From: a candidate division WWE3 bacterium RIFCSPHIGHO2_01_FULL_40_23
Lineage (GTDB): Bacteria; Patescibacteriota; WWE3; UBA101185; 2-01-FULL-41-18
Direction: 5' to 3'
NCBI GenBank assembly: GCA_001772615.1
Contig: MEUZ01000003.1
Span: forward strand, 286,433-350,432
DNA length: 64,000 nucleotides
Part shown: piece by piece, positions 58,007-64,000 of the stretch
Position numbering within the stretch: the stretch's first letter is position 1
How the letters are laid out: every line of letters starts with the position of its first letter
Notes under the pieces: model-generated
Seen by the model: only the letters and a program-made list of their open reading frames with translations
Told to the model about the DNA's origin: nothing
Databases searched by the model: none
Position numbers and translations under genes: made by a program

Positions 58007-60394
58007 TTAAGTTTGCGTTCTTCTATTAATATCCTCTTCAACTATATGCTTCTCTACTCCGTACTTCAAGCGTGATTTCTCTCTTATTCTTTCGGATAAT
58101 GACTTTTTTTCAGGAGACTTGGCGAGAGTTTGAAGCTTACTTATCTCATCCCAATTAACTTTTAGAGAAAAAGGCGGTGAGGGGTGACCGTTAATAAGAA
58201 GCCTAATATACGAATTTCCTATTGGAAGGTTAATTAAATCGGTTTTATCAAAAACGGGAGTGAACTGATTTTCAAGATAAACGGCGTCATCAACACCAAC
58301 TCTAAAAGAATTAATCGTGCCCACATTTCCAAAAACGGCTGTTTTTATATCATCCGAAAGCTGGGCAACAAACTGATTTGCCATTATCATGCATAATTTA
58401 TACTTTCTTGCTTCGGATAAAATAGTTGCGATATCGGGAGTAGAAAAATTCTGAAATTCATCAATGTAAAGATAAAAATCAGGAAAATCAACTTTTCCCA
58501 AAGCATCCGCACGGCTTAAAGCCGCCCCAAGAAGCCTCGGAACCATTAAAAGACCCAAAAAGTTTGAATTTTCCTCCCCTATTTTCCCTTTTGAAAGATC
58601 AACAAGAAGAATTTTCTTGCTATCCATTACTTCCCTGAAATCAAAAGCCGATTTTGACTGACCGATTATATTTCTCATAATCCTTTCGGTGACAAATCTA
58701 TCAACTTTTGAAACAAAATAACCTGTTTTTTCGCTTTTATGAAACTCCGAGGTCCCTGCCATTTCATCAGTCCAGTACTTTTTAACAAGCGGGTCTTTGA
58801 TTAAAGGGATTTTTTCCTTGGCGTAATTTTTGTCAATTATCAGCCTTAAAACTTCTACCATCGTGTTCCCCGGCTCTTCCATTGCCGTAAGCATTACGTT
58901 TCTTAAAGCCCTTTCAAGCTGAGGGCCCATAATACCCTGATGATTGGGGTCATAAAGTTTATATAAGAGTGAAATAAAAGAGTTTACGATCAAATGCTTC
59001 TGGGTTTCGCTTTTTGCTTCAAGAATGTTTAGGCCAAGCGGGCGCTCTTCATCTCCCGCGTCAAAATAAATGACGTCCTCCAGCCTCTCCTCCGGTATCA
59101 AGGGGAGCATGTCCTCTATTGCGCTTCCGTGAGGGTCAATAAATCCAACTCCTTTTCCTTCTTTTATGTCCTGTATCGCCATAAATTTCATTAACTCCGA
59201 TTTTCCTGTTCCAGTCTGACCGATTATGTAAAAATGCCTTCTTCTATCCTCGGTTGTGATTTTTACTTTCTTTTCAACCCCTCTAAAAATGCTGTCGCCA
59301 AGATACAAGCCTTCCTCGGGAAGATTAGGAGGAGCTGATGCTCTTTTACTTCTTAACCAGTTGATCCTTGGAGTTTTAATTTCTTTGTTTGGAAAATGGA
59401 AAATCGTTGCAAGTTCAACGCTGTTTAAAGTACTTGTGTTTTTATAAAGATAAATATCAAAAAAGGGTATAAAAATAGTTTTTGAAGAAAAAAACCTATA
59501 AATAAAATCTTCAACAAATTTCTTTTTAAAAAGAGTCAGTTCTTTTTTAAATCTGTTGTATTTCACATCGGAAAACTGCTCAAAAGTTCCCGTTAAATTT
59601 CTTAGATTGGCCTCGGCTTTAAACTTATCATCCGAAACCGAAACATATCTTAAGACAACATCAAAACCCGGTTTTGAAAGCTTTTTCTCAACGCCTTCAA
59701 GAAAGCTCTGATCTATATTGATCGGCTTTTTTTCAGGATTTGCCTGATGAGCTTTAATGCCCCCCACAAATCTATTACCCGCCGAAACCCATGCTTCCGA
59801 AGCGGGGCGCACTGAAATTTGAAGCGCTAAAACTTCCTCGGAAGAAAGTTTGCTCATAGCCGATGTAATACTGCTTATTCCATCCGAAGGAAGATCCTCA
59901 AAAGTTCTTAAAGGATAAAAAGGAGGGGCAGCAAGCTTTAAGGATGCGACGGCCACTTTGCCTCCCCTATCCCAGATTTTAGGTGGTTTGACTATATCAA
60001 TTTCAGCCGAAGGGTAAGCCCCGTTTATCTGCTTTTCAACAAGTGTTGCTAAATGGTTTGGGCATGAAACATAAAAGCTTATATCGGATTCTTTCCCAAT
60101 AATTTCAAAAGTGATATGCTCCTGCTCTGAAAAAAGGCCCTGGAAGAATCCTTTTTTTAAGGAGTACAGGGAAGCAAACATTTGTTCAGCCACTTTTATT
60201 TCAATTTCATTTAGTTCGGGCACCCTCACAAGAAAAAAAGTTGTGTTTAAAGCGTTTTTCTTTTTCAGGCCCGATTTTATAAAACCCGTAATAAGGCGGA
60301 GTAAAAAATACAAAAAGAGAAGAAAAATAACAACATAAAGAGCAATAAAAGCGAGGTCTATTATAGATTGAGAGGAGAAAGAATCTATTCTCAT
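58007..60394 (-). CDS. Membrane-anchored P-loop ATPase of the FtsK-HerA superfamily (VirB4/VirD4-coupling-protein/DUF87-like)
   Basis: N-terminal TM (LAFIALYVVIFLLFLYFLLRLITGFI), Walker A HFYIIGQTGTGKSELMKF, Walker B FYLYIDEFQNF, C-terminal MIMANQFVAQL...GTINSFRVG. 795 aa. Confidence 0.65.
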   Translation of the reverse strand: MRIDSFSSQSIIDLAFIALYVVIFLLFLYFLLRLITGFIKSGLKKKNALNTTFFLVRVPELNEIEIKVAEQMFASLYSLKKGFFQGLFSEQEHITFEIIGKESDISFYVSCPNHLATLVEKQINGAYPSAEIDIVKPPKIWDRGGKVAVASLKLAAPPFYPLRTFEDLPSDGISSITSAMSKLSSEEVLALQISVRPASEAWVSAGNRFVGGIKAHQANPEKKPINIDQSFLEGVEKKLSKPGFDVVLRYVSVSDDKFKAEANLRNLTGTFEQFSDVKYNRFKKELTLFKKKFVEDFIYRFFSSKTIFIPFFDIYLYKNTSTLNSVELATIFHFPNKEIKTPRINWLRSKRASAPPNLPEEGLYLGDSIFRGVEKKVKITTEDRRRHFYIIGQTGTGKSELMKFMAIQDIKEGKGVGFIDPHGSAIEDMLPLIPEERLEDVIYFDAGDEERPLGLNILEAKSETQKHLIVNSFISLLYKLYDPNHQGIMGPQLERALRNVMLTAMEEPGNTMVEVLRLIIDKNYAKEKIPLIKDPLVKKYWTDEMAGTSEFHKSEKTGYFVSKVDRFVTERIMRNIIGQSKSAFDFREVMDSKKILLVDLSKGKIGEENSNFLGLLMVPRLLGAALSRADALGKVDFPDFYLYIDEFQNFSTPDIATILSEARKYKLCMIMANQFVAQLSDDIKTAVFGNVGTINSFRVGVDDAVYLENQFTPVFDKTDLINLPIGNSYIRLLINGHPSPPFSLKVNWDEISKLQTLAKSPEKKSLSERIREKSRLKYGVEKHIVEEDINRRTQT

Positions 60395-60439
60395 AAGGCA
60401 GATTTACTTTTTAATTATACAGGTAAAAGCGGGAAGGCT

Positions 60440-60790
60440 CTATGAAGATACAGAATGTATGTAAGCACCCTCCATTTCAGAGGCGTCCTTAAATAACCCA
60501 TCGGCCCCCAAAATTACAGGGTGTTGTTGGGAGGGTTCACCAGGGGAAACGGCGGCGCCCTTGGATTCACCTTCGGGTGCAGGAGGAGGAGACACTCCCA
60601 AAGGAGGCCTTTCACTGATAGCAGGAGGCACAGGCGGGGGAGCCGTTTCGGTTTCTTCGGCCAAGATCCCTTGGAGTGTTTCAAGATGTCCAACAGGAGC
60701 CTCAGATCCCGGCGCCGCTTCCGAGGGCTCTTTCAGAGGAGGCGTTGGTTCAGTAGTGGGTGAGAAGTTAGGAGTGTAGGCAGTAGCCAT
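60440..60790 (-). CDS. Pro/Glu/Ala-rich low-complexity protein (116 aa)
   Basis: TEPTPPLKEPSEAAPGSEAPVG...APPPVPPAISERPPLGVSPPPAPEGESKG. GC-rich from composition. Confidence 0.4.
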   Translation of the reverse strand: MATAYTPNFSPTTEPTPPLKEPSEAAPGSEAPVGHLETLQGILAEETETAPPPVPPAISERPPLGVSPPPAPEGESKGAAVSPGEPSQQHPVILGADGLFKDASEMEGAYIHSVSS

Positions 60791-60832
60791 AACTTTATTA
60801 TAACGTATGAAAAATCAATCTGTAGTATGAGA

Positions 60833-61267
60833 TCAGTTATGGCTTCTTATACCTTTAAAAAATCTCTGCTTCCTTTCACCTTCGTCATCGCCATCCTGTT
60901 TTTCAGAAGGCTCCCCGGAAATCTCATCTTTAAGATCCGAAACATAGTCTTCAACCTGTTCTCTAACGGGCTCCGACACCTCTTCCACTTTTCTTAAAAT
61001 GGGTTCAATCTTTTCCTTAATCTCTGAAAGTTTCGGCTCGGCCTTCTCTCTGGCTTCAGAAACTTTCTCTGATATATCTCTTGCCAAATCCCCCATAGCT
61101 TCTTTTTTATCATCATATAAAGCTTTGAGCCTTGTTCTTGTTTTTTTACCTTCATCAGGAGCAAAAAGTAGCCCCAAAACACCTCCGATGATGGCTCCTA
61201 CAGCAACTCCGAACAAAAACCCCTCGGCTTCCCTTTTTTCACACATTTTAATCACCCTCCTTTCCAC
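60833..61267 (-). CDS. YtxH-like (DUF948) membrane protein
   Basis: GFLFGVAVGAIIGGVLGLLFAPDEGKKTRTRL, then a Glu/Lys-rich helical region. Confidence 0.65.
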   Translation of the reverse strand: MERRVIKMCEKREAEGFLFGVAVGAIIGGVLGLLFAPDEGKKTRTRLKALYDDKKEAMGDLARDISEKVSEAREKAEPKLSEIKEKIEPILRKVEEVSEPVREQVEDYVSDLKDEISGEPSEKQDGDDEGERKQRFFKGIRSHN

Positions 61268-61652
61268 CCTTTTTAAAATCTTTTATGGCGCCAAGCACTT
61301 TAAGGCTTGAAACAATACCAGTGGTCAAACTTGATATAGCAGTAATCGGTCCCGCAACTGAATCCGTAATATTCTCCGCATTATCTAAAACACGGTTCAT
61401 TTTCTTAATTGTTTCGCGAAATTCCTTAAGAACAGTAACAACATAAATCCCTACAACAATAAGGTTGATTGTAAGTAAAGTGAGAATAATAACAAGAACA
61501 ATCTGATAATCTATCACAGGCAGTACCTTTCTTTTGGGGATCAAAACGAGTATCACACAGGGCAAAGAGGTAGTCAAGAGAAAGGGGCCAAAGGCAGACA
61601 GGCCCCCAAAACCAAAGCTAAAGGAAGCGTCCGGGAAGCTTTTTAATTTCAC
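61248..61652 (-). CDS. DUF948-like membrane protein (start uncertain; the N-terminus may be shorter)
   Basis: TM (IVLVIILTLLTINLIVVGIYVVTVL), then a helical domain ...RVLDNAENITDSVAGPITAISSLTTGIVSSLK. Confidence 0.45.
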   Translation of the reverse strand: MKLKSFPDASFSFGFGGLSAFGPFLLTTSLPCVILVLIPKRKVLPVIDYQIVLVIILTLLTINLIVVGIYVVTVLKEFRETIKKMNRVLDNAENITDSVAGPITAISSLTTGIVSSLKVLGAIKDFKKGGKEGD

Positions 61653-62022
61653 TTTTTAACTCACTAAGCTTTCCCACAACTTCCTCCGGAGGAAAACCAG
61701 GTGTGGTATAAACCGCAACGGACCTACCTAACACCCTCCTTTCTGCTATCATCAACCTCCAAGGAAAAAGGATCAGCATCTTTTCATGGCGATCCGCACG
61801 TGTTGAACAAAACTCCAGACCGGCAAACCACTCATAAGAATCATCCGTTTCAATCCCACCCCGCGCTCCTATAAAACCGGGAACTTTCTCCGCCGCCATG
61901 GCAAGATCCGCTCCGACACTAATAAAACGCGACCTAAACATTTGGTTCAACTTCAAAACCCCCCAGGGAAAAAACGGGCCATTAAAACCTTGAAGTTGGG
62001 TTTTAACCCTCTTTCCGCTCAT
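61618..62022 (-). CDS. Hypothetical protein (134 aa)
   Basis: ORF only. Locally GC-richer. Confidence 0.3.
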   Translation of the reverse strand: MSGKRVKTQLQGFNGPFFPWGVLKLNQMFRSRFISVGADLAMAAEKVPGFIGARGGIETDDSYEWFAGLEFCSTRADRHEKMLILFPWRLMIAERRVLGRSVAVYTTPGFPPEEVVGKLSELKSEIKKLPGRFL

Positions 62023-62039
62023 TAGAATCTCTCCCTTTT

Positions 62040-62954
62040 TTAAAAGTTTTTGAACTCTTCTTCTTTTTCCTCCCCCTCTTTGCCAAAAACCCCAAGGTCA
62101 TTTCCGTTAAACTTCACAGTTAGCACACCGGCGTTTCCTGCCTTTAACTTTATGGATGAAGAAGCCTCAAACACCCTTGATGTGCCAAAAAGCATCGTTC
62201 CTTCAAACTCCTTCCTTCCGTCGCTAAAAACCAAAACAGGGCTTGATCCCGACTTGGCAAAAAGCTCAAGCTTTAGCAAGGAGACCTCCGCCGCGCCCTC
62301 TTTTTTCACTACCACGCTTCTTGTAATTCTTGTTTCCTTTCCAAGTTTATTAACGGACAAAAAGTTTAAAGAGTTTAAGCCCTCCGACAAATCAACCCTG
62401 AAAACAAAAGTGCCATCGGGATTAATATTTATTTTCTGCCCGTTTAAAAAAACCGATGAGTCTCGGTCCGTCCTTCCCACAACCTCAAGACTTTCTTCGG
62501 AGTAGGCTATATCAGAGCTTGGGCTTTCCACAACCAAAGAGGGTGCTCCTGTATAAGATCGGTATTGATAAAAAAGGTATGCAAAAAATGCGAGTATTAA
62601 GATGAGCGTTGAAAAAACAATCACGGTTGCGGGCGTTATTAAAAACCCGGGCGATTCAATAGGCCTTATAACCCTTGGTTTTTTGACTTTTTTTTCATCA
62701 AATTCTCTTCTGAAAAACGCGAGAACTTCATCAACATTTAAATCAAGAACACTAGCATAAAGCTTTAAAAAGCCTTTAGTGTGCACAAGGCTTGAAAACT
62801 GCGAATAGTCATTTTCCTCAAGGGCCAAAAGATACTTTGGATGAATCTTTGTAAACTTCTGAACATCCGTTAAGGAAAGCCCTTTTTTCTCCCGCGCGGA
62901 TTTAAGCATTTCTCCGACAGTTTTCATTGACGAACCTATCTTAGCTTCATTCAT
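62040..62954 (-). CDS. rodZ: Cytoskeleton protein RodZ-like (HTH_XRE + TM + DUF4115)
   Basis: HTH GEMLKSAREKKGLSLTDVQKFTKIHPKYLLALEEND, a TM, and C-terminal ...KLKAGNAGVLTVKFNGNDLG. Confidence 0.75.
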   Translation of the reverse strand: MNEAKIGSSMKTVGEMLKSAREKKGLSLTDVQKFTKIHPKYLLALEENDYSQFSSLVHTKGFLKLYASVLDLNVDEVLAFFRREFDEKKVKKPRVIRPIESPGFLITPATVIVFSTLILILAFFAYLFYQYRSYTGAPSLVVESPSSDIAYSEESLEVVGRTDRDSSVFLNGQKININPDGTFVFRVDLSEGLNSLNFLSVNKLGKETRITRSVVVKKEGAAEVSLLKLELFAKSGSSPVLVFSDGRKEFEGTMLFGTSRVFEASSSIKLKAGNAGVLTVKFNGNDLGVFGKEGEEKEEEFKNF

Positions 62955-63876
62955 ATGTGTATATTTTTGATACGTCTAACTTTTTTGACACTTTAGTTTT
63001 TGGCGTCTTCATAAGCGTATACAAGTTGCTGCTTGATCCTATTGATAAAGCGCTTTCATACCTATTGAAATTAAAAAGCGCATAAATTATTGCTAGATTA
63101 AATTCATTTATTATACTCTGCACCAAAAGAAACCTCTCAAGCGACCTTTCGCTTGATCCGAAGCAGATATATGCTTTCCCAAAACTACCCCATAGAGCCT
63201 CAAGCTCTCGTGATAGAAAAAGCTTAAAGCCTGAAGGAGTGTAAGGAGGATCTGAAAATACCACATCATAACTTTCAATTAAATCCTTGGGAAGCCCCTC
63301 TCTTAAATCGGCATAGTAAAGCTGTATATCAAAGCTTTTCTTTTTTGCAACGCTTTCTATAAAAGAAAGCTGGGATGGATCTATGTCACATACTGCAACA
63401 TTTTTAAACGCACCTATTTCCAAAAGGCAAAGAGAAGTAAGATCATCATCACCAAGAAAAAGTATTGAGGCATCTTCATAGGCTTCATTCTCCATTAAAA
63501 ACTTGATTCTTTTTACCTGCGTGTCTTCGGTGGAATAAAACTGGTCATATTCTCTTTTAGGTTTAGGTCTGGAAGTGGCACACTCTTTGTAAAGACTATG
63601 GATCAAAAGCTCATCTGAAGCCTCAAAAGCCTTCTTATTAAAAGTAAGAGAGGATAAAAACTTTTTCCCGTTATCATTTAAAATAAAAAAGTTTGAAACA
63701 GGTTCTAGATAAGAAGAAAAATTATCGCGAAACTTTTTAAGGGTTTCTTTTGAAAATCCGGTTTTTCCTATAAGATCATGTGTTGAAATTCTTCCCTCTC
63801 TTTTAATATTTTCAAGAATAAGAAAAAGGTCGCCGGAAGAAATCCCAACTTTTTCGCTAAGATTTTTTAGATCCAT
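62947..63876 (-). CDS. DUF43-family protein (BpsA-like aminopropyltransferase/methyltransferase fold) with an N-terminal wHTH
   Basis: DVVFSDPPYTPSGFKLF motif, a Rossmann-like LFLGDDDLTSLC, and an N-terminal wHTH-like region. Confidence 0.55.
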   Translation of the reverse strand: MDLKNLSEKVGISSGDLFLILENIKREGRISTHDLIGKTGFSKETLKKFRDNFSSYLEPVSNFFILNDNGKKFLSSLTFNKKAFEASDELLIHSLYKECATSRPKPKREYDQFYSTEDTQVKRIKFLMENEAYEDASILFLGDDDLTSLCLLEIGAFKNVAVCDIDPSQLSFIESVAKKKSFDIQLYYADLREGLPKDLIESYDVVFSDPPYTPSGFKLFLSRELEALWGSFGKAYICFGSSERSLERFLLVQSIINEFNLAIIYALFNFNRYESALSIGSSSNLYTLMKTPKTKVSKKLDVSKIYTYE

Positions 63877-63880
63877 AACT

Positions 63881-64000
63881 TTAAATTTCTTCTTCGGCAG
63901 GAGTTAACATGCTCTCGGGGTTTCTAATAAGCACATCCCGCGGTTTGCTTCCGTCGGCGGCTCCAACTATTCCTTTTGCCTCAAGCTCATCTAGAAGCCT
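63881..64000 (-). CDS. ftsK: DNA translocase FtsK/SpoIIIE, C-terminal gamma domain (partial; the 5' end is beyond the window)
   Basis: ...LLDELEAKGIVGAADGSKPRDVLIRNPESMLTPAEEEI*, the classic FtsK gamma wHTH end. Confidence 0.7.
   Translation of the reverse strand, partial: RLLDELEAKGIVGAADGSKPRDVLIRNPESMLTPAEEEI

Overview
This 64 kb window is almost entirely minus-strand coding and low-GC (about 38-40%). It looks like a small-genome bacterium, possibly Patescibacteria/CPR-like; that placement is an inference from gene content and is not tested here. The core is a contiguous translation/transcription super-cluster read right to left: rpoB-rpoC-rpsL-rpsG-[3 inserted genes]-fusA-tuf-rpsJ-rplC...rplO-secY-ybaB-adk-adk2-SPFH ... 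map-infA-rpsM-rpsK-rpsD-rpoA-rplQ-rplM-rpsI. L30 and L36 are absent, rplC is short, and L24 carries a Cys4 tail. Surrounding it are cell-envelope and division genes: ftsEX plus an EnvC-like M23 peptidase, mltG, rodZ, an ftsK 3' end, an ftsA/pilM-like gene, and a TasA-like/SipW pair. Housekeeping genes include prfB, alaS, xseAB, ruvX and tsaB/tsaE. The left 6.3 kb is a giant signal-peptide-bearing repeat protein gene on the minus strand that runs off the window. It contains tandem ~123-aa beta-solenoid-like repeats, a LamG_3 lectin domain, an FN3-like domain and a Pro/Thr linker. The ORF track does not list it, and its repeat array carries paired -1/+1 indels. Other notable elements are a dispersed family of short hairpin repeats with GTCAT...ATC flanks at four loci, a GC-rich ~300-nt intergenic island with a terminator, and a small island containing a membrane-anchored VirB4/VirD4/HerA-like ATPase flanked by Pro/Glu/Ala-rich proteins. 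All calls come from manual translation and motif recognition; no searches were run.
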